Notes under the pieces: generated by a model
Databases searched by the model: none
Seen by the model: only the letters and a program-made list of their open reading frames with translations
Told to the model about the DNA's origin: nothing
Part shown: piece after piece, positions 1-8,731 of the stretch
How the letters are laid out: the number at the start of each line of letters is the position of its first letter
How positions within the stretch are numbered: position 1 is the first letter of the stretch
Made by a program: the position numbers and the translations under genes
Assembly: GCA_001779915.1 (NCBI GenBank)
Contig: MFEJ01000023.1
Span: 6,165 to 70,164 of the forward strand
Length of the DNA: 64,000 nucleotides
DNA from: Candidatus Doudnabacteria bacterium RIFCSPHIGHO2_01_FULL_45_18
Lineage (GTDB): Bacteria > Patescibacteriota > Doudnabacteria > UBA920 > O2-02-FULL-48-8
Direction: 5' to 3'

Positions 1-1
1 G

Positions 2-418
2 ATCCCGGCGAATTTAAAAAATGTAGTCTGGCCAGTGGGGCGGCTAGACTATTACACCGAAGGCCTTTTAATTCTAACCAATGACGGTGAGTTAACCCAA
101 CTCCTCACCCACCCATCTAAAAAACATGAAAAAGAATACGAAGTCATTCTGGATAAAGAATTATCCGAAGGCCGAATTGAAAAAATTGAGGGCGGGATGA
201 TGATTGATGGAAAAAAAACCGCGCCATCCGATATCCGCACCCAAGGCACAACTGTCTACATCACCATCCGCGAAGGCATGAACCGCCAGGTGCGAAAAAT
301 GTTTGGCAGTTTAGGCTACTCGGTCCGGAACCTCAAGCGCATCCGCATTGGCAAACTTCGGCTAAATGATTTAGAATCAGGACAATATAAGTTTATTACG
401 AAAAAGGACATAATATAA
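2..418 (+). CDS. RsuA/RluB-family rRNA pseudouridine synthase (5' partial)
   Basis: Frame is open from the window start (IPANLKNVVWPVGRLD); GRLD catalytic motif, EGxNRQVRKM and LKRIRIG motifs. Confidence 0.9.
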   Translation: MPANLKNVVWPVGRLDYYTEGLLILTNDGELTQLLTHPSKKHEKEYEVILDKELSEGRIEKIEGGMMIDGKKTAPSDIRTQGTTVYITIREGMNRQVRKMFGSLGYSVRNLKRIRIGKLRLNDLESGQYKFITKKDII

Positions 419-460
419 ATAACAGCATTTGTGGTATAATTAACATGTTGTTTTTTTGTC

Positions 461-1696
461 ATGAAACCAAACCAAGAAAAAAAGAATATTGTCATTTTAG
501 GCGGCGGCTACGCCGGAGTCCGCGCAGCTTTGGATTTAAATAACTACTTGCACGATAGTAGTGAATACGAAATCATTCTAATCGACCGCCAAGATTATCA
601 GACTTACTATTCCGGCCTGTATGAAGCGGCTGCCACGGAACATGCGCTCGTGGATGCGAAAAAAGTTAAACGCACGGTGGCCATCCCGTTTACCGAAATT
701 TTCAGCAAAACCCGGGTCAAAGTGTTTAAAGCCTTCATTGACCGGATTGACATCGCGGAGGGAAAAGTGATCACTGATTCGCGGATCATGCCGTTTGACT
801 ATCTGGTGGTCGCCATGGGCTCGGTGGCTGATTTTTATGGCATTCCGAATTTGGATAAATATGGCTTTACGCTCAAAAGCCTGGAAGACGCGATCATGAT
901 CCGCAACCGCGTGGAGGAACTGGTGGTAAAAAAAGATTCCGGACAAATTATTATCGGCGGCGGCGGGTTTGCAGGCGCCGAATTTGCCGGGGAATTACAT
1001 AACCTGCTGAAACACGAATGCCAACAGCACCAGAAAGACCCTAATAATTTTAAAATTTTAGTGGTTGAGGGCGGGTCCAACTTTTTGCCTGGGTTGTCGG
1101 ACAAAGTCTCGGCAATTATCAGCCATCGAACCGCACAAATGGGCATTGAAGCAAAGTTTTCCACCCTGATCACAGAAGCTGGATCCGGATATGTAATTTT
1201 AAATCTGAAGGATCGAATGGAGTGTGATTTGCTGATCTGGACCGGGGGGGTGAAATCCTGCCGCTTGCCGGTGCTCATCAATCTGGAACGTGATAAAAAA
1301 GACCGAACATTGGTGGAGCCAGTGTTAAATCTGAAAAACTACCCGCAGGTGTTTGTGATTGGTGATAACGCCTGCGTAACTGATCCGAAAACCAAAAAGG
1401 CCACAGCCCAAACCGCGCAGGAAGCCATCAACCAAGCCAAGTATACGGCGAAAAATATTTATCGCTCCATCACACAAAAGCCCCTGCTGCCCTATCACGC
1501 CGGCCCTGTTCGGTTTATTATTCCCGTGACTGGTAAATATGCCGTGTTCTATACGCCGAATTTGATCATTGCAGGCTTGGCCGGCTGGGTGGTGCGCAAA
1601 CTTGCCGATCTAAGGTATTTTAGTTCCATCTTGCCAATTTTTACCGCCCTAAAATTCTGGCTATTTGAAAATAAAATCTTCATGAAGAATGATTAG
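461..1696 (+). CDS. ndh: Type II NADH dehydrogenase-like FAD-dependent oxidoreductase
   Basis: Two Rossmann motifs (ILGGGYAG, IGGGGFAGAE), WTGGVK, VFVIGD, TAQxA. Confidence 0.8.
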   Translation: MKPNQEKKNIVILGGGYAGVRAALDLNNYLHDSSEYEIILIDRQDYQTYYSGLYEAAATEHALVDAKKVKRTVAIPFTEIFSKTRVKVFKAFIDRIDIAEGKVITDSRIMPFDYLVVAMGSVADFYGIPNLDKYGFTLKSLEDAIMIRNRVEELVVKKDSGQIIIGGGGFAGAEFAGELHNLLKHECQQHQKDPNNFKILVVEGGSNFLPGLSDKVSAIISHRTAQMGIEAKFSTLITEAGSGYVILNLKDRMECDLLIWTGGVKSCRLPVLINLERDKKDRTLVEPVLNLKNYPQVFVIGDNACVTDPKTKKATAQTAQEAINQAKYTAKNIYRSITQKPLLPYHAGPVRFIIPVTGKYAVFYTPNLIIAGLAGWVVRKLADLRYFSSILPIFTALKFWLFENKIFMKND

Positions 1697-1817
1697 CAAT
1701 AAACCTTACTAACCAAGACCTTTAAATTATCATTTTTCTGGATATTTTGTTGATAACTTGTCAGTAACCAGTGTACAAAAAACGGCCCCTATATATCGGA
1801 GCCGTTTGTTTATAGAT

Positions 1818-4658
1818 TTAACTGACTTTCAATTTTTCTTTGAGCACCCTGGCCAAGTATTGGCCGGTATAACTTCGTTTAACCCGCGCGACTTCTTCCG
1901 GCGTACCCACAGCCACCACTTCCCCGCCTTTGTTGCCCCCTTCCGGGCCCAGATCAATCACCCAGTCCGCGGATTTGATGACATCCAAATTATGTTCAAT
2001 CACAAGCACGGTGTTGCCCTTCTCCACTAAACGGCTCAAAACCCTAAGCAATCTTTTCACATCATCAAAATGCAAGCCAGTTGTCGGCTCGTCCAGAATA
2101 TATAAGGTACGGCCGGTTGAAGCGCGGGATAATTCTGAAGATAATTTAATTCGCTGGGCCTCGCCACCGGACAAAGTAGTGGCTTGCTGGCCCAAATGCA
2201 TGTAACCCAAACCCACGAGGGACAAAGTTTCCAGTTTGCGGGCAATCAGCGGGACAGCACGGAAAAACACATGGGCTTCGTCCACAGTCATTTCTAAAAC
2301 ATCCGAAATATTTTTGCCTTTGTAGTGAATGTCCAAGGCTTCCTTGTTATAACGCTTGCCTTTACATTCCTCACATGCCACATACACGTCTGGCAAGAAA
2401 TGCATTTCAATTTTTATAACCCCATCCCCGCCGCAAACCTCGCAGCGGCCACCCTTCACATTAAAGCTAAACCGGCCAGCTTTGTACCCGCGCATTCTAG
2501 CTTCTGGCACTGCCGCAAACAGATCACGGATGTAGGTAAAAACACCAGTATAAGTGGCGGGATTTGATCTGGGAGTGCGGCCAATCGGTGATTGATCAAT
2601 GTTTATAACCTTATCAATATTATCAATGCCTAAAATTTTCTTGTGTTCCCCGGGTGATTCCTTGGCATTATAAAAATATGCAGACAAAGCCTTGGCCAAA
2701 ATTTCGTTAAGCAAGGTTGATTTGCCGGATCCCGACACGCCGGTCAAACACACAAACTTTGACAAGGGAATTTCTACGTCTATATTTTTCAAATTGTTTT
2801 CGGTAGCACCCACGATTTTCAAAGTTTTACTATTGCCCTTTTTTCTGGCTTGCGGCACAGCCACACTTTCCTGACCAGATAAATATTTACCAGTCAAAGA
2901 TTGTTTATCCTTGGCAATCTGGGCGGGCGTGCCCTCGGCCACCACTTCCCCGCCATGCTTGCCCGCTCCGGGACCGATGTCCACCACCCAATCCGATTCC
3001 CAAATCGTTTCTTCGTCATGTTCAACCACAATGACCGTGTTGCCGAGGTCGCGCAGATTTTTCAAAGTCTTAAGCAAGCGTGCATTGTCGCGCTGATGCA
3101 GCCCGATGGAGGGCTCATCCAAAATATACAGAACCCCGGTTAAACCAGAACCGATTTGCGTGGCGAGCCGAATGCGCTGGGCTTCCCCGCCGGACAAAGT
3201 GTCAGCCGAGCGATCTAAGGTTAAGTAATTTAACCCCACATCCAGCAAGAAACTTAACCGCGCCGCGATTTCTTTAAAAATCTGGTGCGCGATTTTCATA
3301 TCTTTTTCGGAAAACTTTTTGGGTAAACTTTCGAAAAACACAACCGCATCATCAATGCTATAATTCGCCACATCCACAATGGATTTATCGTCAATGTGTA
3401 CTGCCAAAAACTCGGGTCGTAAACGCTGGCCTTTGCAAGTGGGACACTTGCTCACCCGCATGTACTGCTCAATCTCGCTGCGCATATAATCTGATTCGGT
3501 TTCTTTATACTTGCGCTCCAAGTTTGGGATCACACCATCAAATGTCGTGTGCCGACCATATCCGGACTCATCTTGAACGTCAATCTTGCGCTCCCCAGTA
3601 CCGTACAGAATCGCGTCCAGAGCTTTTTTAGGTAAATCTCTCACTGGCACATGGACCGAAAAACCATATTCTTTCGTCACAGCTTCCAAAACGCGTGAGT
3701 ACCAAGACAGCCTGGAAGTTGTTTTACTCCATGGACGAATCGCCCCTTCAGCTAAAGTCAATTTTGGATTCGGAATGACCAATTCGTGATCAATTTCCAG
3801 TCTGGTGCCCAAACCCGTACAGTCCGGACAAGCACCGTGCGGTGAATTGAAAGAAAAATTACGCGGATTTAATTCCGGCAAATTCATGTGCCCTTCCGGA
3901 CACGCAAAATTGGACGACAAGAGCATCTCTTCGCCGCCATCTTTCTGAATAATCACGGAGTCGTTGCCTAAATCAAGCGCGGTTTCTAAAGAATCAGCCA
4001 AGCGCGCCCGATCAGAACGATCCAACACAATCCGATCCACCACCACGTCAATCGTATGTTTTTTCTTTTTGTCCACATGAAGCTGCAAAGCTTCGTTCAA
4101 GTCCATGACCGTGCCGTCAAAACGCACGCGCTGGTAGCCGGATTTTTTGGCTTCTTCCAGCAAATGTTTGTGCTCACCCTTCATATCTTTAACCAAAGGG
4201 GCTAAGATTACAAATTTCGTGCCTGTCGGCCAAGCGGAGATCTGATCCACCATTTGGGTCACAGACTGGCCTATAATTTTCTTGCCGCAAACCGGACAAT
4301 GCGGCACACCCACGCGCGCGTAAAGCAACCGCAAGTAGTCGTAAATTTCCGTCACAGTTCCCACGGTTGATCTGGGATTATGAGAAGCGGATTTCTGGTC
4401 AATGGAAATTGCCGGGGATAAGCCTTCAATTTTGTCCACATCCGGTTTGTCCATGAGACCCAAAAACTGTCTGGCATAAGCTGACAAGGATTCCACATAC
4501 CGACGCTGACCTTCGGCATAGATCGTATCAAACGCGAGAGAAGATTTACCGCTACCCGAAAGACCCGTGATCACCACGAGTTTGTTTCTTGGGATATCCA
4601 AGTTGATGTTTTTGAGGTTATGAACCCTGGCGCCCCGAATAACGATTTTTTCTTGCAT
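1818..4658 (-). CDS. uvrA: Excinuclease ABC subunit A
   Basis: Two ABC ATPase modules ([26 protein letters not shown] twice) and Zn fingers; 946 aa. Confidence 0.98.
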   Translation of the reverse strand: MQEKIVIRGARVHNLKNINLDIPRNKLVVITGLSGSGKSSLAFDTIYAEGQRRYVESLSAYARQFLGLMDKPDVDKIEGLSPAISIDQKSASHNPRSTVGTVTEIYDYLRLLYARVGVPHCPVCGKKIIGQSVTQMVDQISAWPTGTKFVILAPLVKDMKGEHKHLLEEAKKSGYQRVRFDGTVMDLNEALQLHVDKKKKHTIDVVVDRIVLDRSDRARLADSLETALDLGNDSVIIQKDGGEEMLLSSNFACPEGHMNLPELNPRNFSFNSPHGACPDCTGLGTRLEIDHELVIPNPKLTLAEGAIRPWSKTTSRLSWYSRVLEAVTKEYGFSVHVPVRDLPKKALDAILYGTGERKIDVQDESGYGRHTTFDGVIPNLERKYKETESDYMRSEIEQYMRVSKCPTCKGQRLRPEFLAVHIDDKSIVDVANYSIDDAVVFFESLPKKFSEKDMKIAHQIFKEIAARLSFLLDVGLNYLTLDRSADTLSGGEAQRIRLATQIGSGLTGVLYILDEPSIGLHQRDNARLLKTLKNLRDLGNTVIVVEHDEETIWESDWVVDIGPGAGKHGGEVVAEGTPAQIAKDKQSLTGKYLSGQESVAVPQARKKGNSKTLKIVGATENNLKNIDVEIPLSKFVCLTGVSGSGKSTLLNEILAKALSAYFYNAKESPGEHKKILGIDNIDKVINIDQSPIGRTPRSNPATYTGVFTYIRDLFAAVPEARMRGYKAGRFSFNVKGGRCEVCGGDGVIKIEMHFLPDVYVACEECKGKRYNKEALDIHYKGKNISDVLEMTVDEAHVFFRAVPLIARKLETLSLVGLGYMHLGQQATTLSGGEAQRIKLSSELSRASTGRTLYILDEPTTGLHFDDVKRLLRVLSRLVEKGNTVLVIEHNLDVIKSADWVIDLGPEGGNKGGEVVAVGTPEEVARVKRSYTGQYLARVLKEKLKVS

Positions 4659-4744
4659 AAAGAGGTCAGTCTCGGATTCTAAAATTAGCGACGACTATAT
4701 AGCCCTGTTTATAAGGGCTGTAATTAAGCCAACATAGTATATAT

Positions 4745-4786
4745 AAAAAAAATCGCCGGCGCAAGGGGGTGACCTTGGGCCGGCGA
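4745..4786 (-). terminator. Intrinsic terminator of the 4793-5191 gene
   Basis: GC stem tcgccggc...gccggcga followed by a T-run on the minus strand. Confidence 0.6.
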
Positions 4787-4792
4787 AACAGA

Positions 4793-5191
4793 TCAGTAAA
4801 GCAAAGATCGGAAGTCCTCTACTCCATGCGGACGCTTATAGATGGTCAAATCCTCACCTTCGGGATAAGGACGAACTGTTCCCACTACCACATATAAGCA
4901 ATCGAGGCCGGACCTCCATCGGGATATTCCTGTCTGTTGGTGAAGCGTGATTCCGGGTGCGTCCCACTCAATCTCTTCGACTCGAAACACTCTCGGTCGC
5001 TTGAGCCGACCCATCCGCGAGCCGGAAGCCACCCAGACCCGACTGTCCGGAAACGGCTTGAGTCTATTGAAAGGAATCTTGTGGTTAGCGCGCTTGCAAG
5101 CTATGTCCCTATACTCAAAGTGACCATTGTATACGATGCGCCAGAGCCAAGGATACTCCTTCTCCCACTTTGCCCATTCTGAATATTCCAT
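4793..5191 (-). CDS. Hypothetical protein (orphan, SD-led)
   Basis: 132 aa ORF with AGGAGG upstream and a terminator downstream. Confidence 0.6.
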   Translation of the reverse strand: MEYSEWAKWEKEYPWLWRIVYNGHFEYRDIACKRANHKIPFNRLKPFPDSRVWVASGSRMGRLKRPRVFRVEEIEWDAPGITLHQQTGISRWRSGLDCLYVVVGTVRPYPEGEDLTIYKRPHGVEDFRSLLY

Positions 5192-5321
5192 ACCTGATCC
5201 TCCTGGATCTTTGAGCCATCACGGCAACTGGTAAATGTCTTGCAGCAAAATTACCGCAGGACAGCTCAATATACTATGATCTCATCCTCACCGTCAATAA
5301 CAAATCGCATGGAGCATTTTC

Positions 5322-5347
5322 TGCGCGGCCGAGCAAGATTGGACTCA
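5322..5347. repeat. 26-bp direct repeat, copy downstream of the PaaX-like gene
   Basis: tgcgcggccgagcaagattggactca, identical to 5880-5905. Confidence 0.95.
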
Positions 5348-5351
5348 CTTG

Positions 5352-5840
5352 CTATTCTAGCAAATTCATTTTCGCGGAAAAAATGCTGATATCACTTTTC
5401 AACTTCAGTTCTTCAATCAAATCTCTGATGTCTTGTGAGATTTCAAATGGACTTAAAAAACAACTCTCTTTGATTTGAGTATAGCCATTCCTGACCAAGA
5501 AGCGTCGGAACATATCACGGGCATTGTGTTTCTCTTCCGGGATATCAAAAATTATCAAAGTCGAAAAGCCGTCCGTCCTTGTTTTCTTCGTAACTGCCTT
5601 GCTTCTTAAAAACTTAGCTTTCTTTGTAATCACAAATACATGGCCATTCGCTGTCTTGGTTTTTTTCACTAAACCATGTTTTTCAAATCTTTTAAGCTTC
5701 TTAAGGTACCCTGACCGAGTTAAATTTATTCCATTCATCTGACCGTACGACTTGAAAACCAATCCCTCAGGTTCCACTTTGCTGATCATCTTAAATAATT
5801 CCCAGGTCAATCTTGCCGCTGCTCTTCTTGAGCTCATCAT
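5352..5840 (-). CDS. PaaX-like protein (winged helix + Cas2-like ferredoxin domain)
   Basis: N-terminal wHTH-like region (LKRFEKHGLV..FVITKK) and IIFDIPEEKHNARDMFRRFL..GY..IKESCF motif. Confidence 0.8.
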   Translation of the reverse strand: MMSSRRAAARLTWELFKMISKVEPEGLVFKSYGQMNGINLTRSGYLKKLKRFEKHGLVKKTKTANGHVFVITKKAKFLRSKAVTKKTRTDGFSTLIIFDIPEEKHNARDMFRRFLVRNGYTQIKESCFLSPFEISQDIRDLIEELKLKSDISIFSAKMNLLE

Positions 5841-5879
5841 AATATTTGATTTTAATGATATCTATAGTGTATACTTTTT

Positions 5880-5905
5880 TGCGCGGCCGAGCAAGATTGG
5901 ACTCA
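5880..5905. repeat. 26-bp direct repeat, upstream copy overlapping a putative -35
   Basis: Identical to 5322-5347; minus strand reads TTGCTC-N17-TACACT. Confidence 0.95.
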
Positions 5906-5978
5906 TAAATGTATTATGAAAATAAAAAAACCGCCCTGGTAAGACTCGTCAGATGAGTCAAGATCCTCGGGCGGCGTA

Positions 5979-6269
5979 CTAGTTGTTTAGCGCTTGATGA
6001 TGTCGATCGATCAAGCTTTCCATGAGCATCAATGGGATGCGCTGATCAAGGGCGCTGAACAATTGGGAAAAGGTGATCTCTTCTCCTCTTGCATCCGCCT
6101 GGGCAACTTCGTCATTGATCGCCCGCCGAAAAACTGCAGTAAAGTCATCAACCGTAAGACCCGGTCGCTCTTGAAAGAACTCGGGGTTATCTGCAAAAAA
6201 ATCTTTAAAACCTGCTAGGACAGCTTCGACGACCAGCTCCCATCTTTCGGGAGTCATGGTGATCTCCAT
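5979..6269 (-). CDS. Hypothetical protein (orphan, SD-led)
   Basis: 96 aa, AAGGAGG upstream, hairpin plus T-run at about 5924-5975. Confidence 0.6.
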   Translation of the reverse strand: MEITMTPERWELVVEAVLAGFKDFFADNPEFFQERPGLTVDDFTAVFRRAINDEVAQADARGEEITFSQLFSALDQRIPLMLMESLIDRHHQALNN

Positions 6270-6411
6270 GTTCCCTCCTTAGACGTTACTCTTTGAAGAA
6301 AGTATAATACTTCCAGGCGAAAATCGCTAGCGTTTGCTCATGACTAAAGTACTGAGCATGCTACTGAGCAAAGTAAGTACCTATCTCTAGAGATATCTCT
6401 ATACCATTCCT

Positions 6412-8256
6412 ATGAATAAAACCGTCTCGCAAAAACTTAAAAGCCTCCCCCAGAAACCCGGCGTGTATGTTTTTAAAGACGCCAAAGGGTTGGTTCTTTA
6501 TGTGGGCAAGGCGGTGAAATTAAAAAACCGGGTGTCTTCGTATTTCAAAAAAACCGGTGGGGACAACCGCGGCCCCAGAATCCAATTAATGATTTCCCAG
6601 ATCAAGGATCTGGATTATACGGTTTGCGACAATGAGCTCGAAAGTCTGATCCTAGAAAATAACTTTATCAAACAACTCAAGCCCAAATACAACGTCATGC
6701 TGCAGGACGATAAAAACTACCTGTTTCTGAAGATCAATATTAAAGACGAAATTCCGACCATTGGATACGAAAGAAAAATCCTGGATAAATCCGCTCGCTA
6801 CTTCGGCCCGTACACTTCTTCCGTAGCCATCAAAGACACCTTGCGCTTGGTAAGGAAAATTTTTCCATATTGTGCCAATGCCAAGGTTTCCCAGAAACCC
6901 TGTTTTTACTACCACATTGGCAAATGCCCGGGCGTTTGCTTTGGCAAAATCACGCTGGAAGAATACAGAAATAACTACATCAAACCGATTATGCAGTTTT
7001 TAGAAGGTCACCGATCCGAAATTCTCAAAGACTTGCAAGCTCAAATGCGAATTTTTGCCACCCATAAAAAATTCGAAAAAGCGGCAAAAATTCGCGACCA
7101 GATTTTTGCTCTTAATCGCATGCTGGAACGGCAAAAATTAGTGTATCCGAAAAAAATTGACCAAGATGTGTTCTCGATTTTTCAAGATAGGGTGACTTGT
7201 ATCAATTTGTTCATCATCCGAGAAGGCAAAATGATTCAAAAAGAAAACTTTATCCTGGAAAACACCAAACAGCTCTCTCCTGCGGAAATTTTAGAAAACT
7301 TTTTGCCGCGCTACTATCTGGAAGCCAGCAATTGGCCTAAGAAAATTTTGCTACCTGTGGAAATTGATTTCGAACCATTGCGAGGAGTCCGGTCAGATGA
7401 CCGGACGACGAAGCAATCTTACGACAGATCGCCACGCGCCTTCGGCGCTCGCGATGGGCATATTAAAATCGTTATCCCGACCCGAGGCACTAAACTACAG
7501 CTCATGAAACTGGGCGAAAAGAATGCTCAACAGTACTTAGAAGCCCAAGGCGACAAACATTTGCTTGAGGAAGCGCGCCTCTTGTCTTCGCTGAAAGAAC
7601 TCCAGCGCGTGCTGGATTTGCCTGCGCTTCCCGGAAGAATTGAAGCTTATGATATTTCCAACATCCAAGGCACCAATCCGGTCGGATCCATGATTGTCTT
7701 TGATTTCGCAAGGCCAAAAAAATCCGATTACCGCAAATTTAAAATCAAACGCCGGACCGTGTCCGCCGAAGGCTTGCCGAAGGCGGATGACTTTGCCATG
7801 ATGCGGGAAATGCTCGACCGGAGATTCAAAAACGGTTGGTCTAGGCCGGATTTGATCTTAATTGATGGCGGCAAAGGGCAGCTTTCCAGCGCAGTCAGTG
7901 TTCTGAAACAAAATAAGCTAAATATCCCAATTATTGGTCTGGCGAAAAGGCTTGAGGAGATTTTCCTGCCCGCAAAAAAACATCCGATTATGTTGCGCGA
8001 TAATTCCATTGCCCTGTTCCTCCTCCAAAGGATCCGTGATGAAGCGCACCGGTTTGCAGTCAAATACCATCGCCAACTTCGATCAAAAACATCACTCACT
8101 TCGGTTCTGGATCAAATCAGCGGCATTGGGGAAGGGAGAAAGAAACAATTGTTACAAAAATTTGGTTCCCCACGCCTTGTTCGCGAAGCTTCGATCACTG
8201 ACCTGGCCGCGATTGTAGGCAAAACTCTTGCGGAAAAAATCAAAGCCAGCCTGTAA
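6412..8256 (+). CDS. uvrC: Excinuclease ABC subunit C
   Basis: GIY-YIG N-terminus (PGVY..YVGKA), UVR domain, RIEAYDISN, DGGKGQ, RDEAHRFA, HhH. Confidence 0.97.
   Translation: MNKTVSQKLKSLPQKPGVYVFKDAKGLVLYVGKAVKLKNRVSSYFKKTGGDNRGPRIQLMISQIKDLDYTVCDNELESLILENNFIKQLKPKYNVMLQDDKNYLFLKINIKDEIPTIGYERKILDKSARYFGPYTSSVAIKDTLRLVRKIFPYCANAKVSQKPCFYYHIGKCPGVCFGKITLEEYRNNYIKPIMQFLEGHRSEILKDLQAQMRIFATHKKFEKAAKIRDQIFALNRMLERQKLVYPKKIDQDVFSIFQDRVTCINLFIIREGKMIQKENFILENTKQLSPAEILENFLPRYYLEASNWPKKILLPVEIDFEPLRGVRSDDRTTKQSYDRSPRAFGARDGHIKIVIPTRGTKLQLMKLGEKNAQQYLEAQGDKHLLEEARLLSSLKELQRVLDLPALPGRIEAYDISNIQGTNPVGSMIVFDFARPKKSDYRKFKIKRRTVSAEGLPKADDFAMMREMLDRRFKNGWSRPDLILIDGGKGQLSSAVSVLKQNKLNIPIIGLAKRLEEIFLPAKKHPIMLRDNSIALFLLQRIRDEAHRFAVKYHRQLRSKTSLTSVLDQISGIGEGRKKQLLQKFGSPRLVREASITDLAAIVGKTLAEKIKASL
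7375..7457 (+). repeat. Family A cruciform palindromic element, in frame in uvrC
   Basis: ccattgcgag...gaagcaatct..agatcgccacg...ctcgcgatgg; 7 related copies in the window. Confidence 0.9.
7762..7787 (+). repeat. Family C palindromic element, in frame in uvrC
   Basis: tccgccgaaggcttgccgaaggcgga, similar to 14625, 15124 and 34280. Confidence 0.75.
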
Positions 8257-8259
8257 GTA

Positions 8260-8417
8260 CCCATCGCGAGCGACTGCTTGATCATATGGCTTTTATCTTG
8301 GCAGTCGCGTGGCGATCCCTCATAAGAGAGATTGCCACGCCTGCCTGTCCGGTAGGCAGGGCAGGCAGGTCGCCGCCAAAATTTAATCTTAACGATACAG
8401 CGGCTCCTCGCAATGGG
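8260..8417 (-). repeat. Family A element (long-loop form) with a nested family B palindrome
   Basis: cccatcgcgag...ctcgcaatggg termini; internal cctgcctg..caggcagg. Confidence 0.85.
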
Positions 8418-8496
8418 TTGACGTCTAGCTCTTTTTCTGGCAATATATTTGGGTCTCAAATCTACCAACTACCTACTACTAATTACTCACTAATTT

Positions 8497-8724
8497 ATGC
8501 ATATCTCACAAAACATCCTGACTTTTGCCCTAATCGTTAATAGCGTACTGCTGATCATCACGATTCTTTTGCAACAGCGCGAAGGCGGCCTGTCTACGGT
8601 ATTTGGCGGTGAAGGCGCCATTTACCGACAAAAGCGTGGGTTGGCCAAGGGCCTGCATTATTCCACAATTTTTTTGGTGGTCGTGTTTGTGGCCATCTCG
8701 GTCCTCATCCTATTTCTGAAATAG
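8497..8724 (+). CDS. secG: Preprotein translocase subunit SecG
   Basis: Two TM helices with ILLQQREGGLSTVFGG..RG linker. Confidence 0.9.
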   Translation: MHISQNILTFALIVNSVLLIITILLQQREGGLSTVFGGEGAIYRQKRGLAKGLHYSTIFLVVVFVAISVLILFLK

Positions 8725-8731
8725 ATATCTG

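Noticed and set aside
5322-5905. CRISPR-Cas locus (Cas2-like protein plus repeats)
   Set aside because: Only two repeats, separated by a whole gene; no spacer array, cas1 or effector genes in the window
8112-8540. ORFs 8112-8468 and 8286-8540
   Set aside because: They are translations of the palindromic element and show no protein-family motifs
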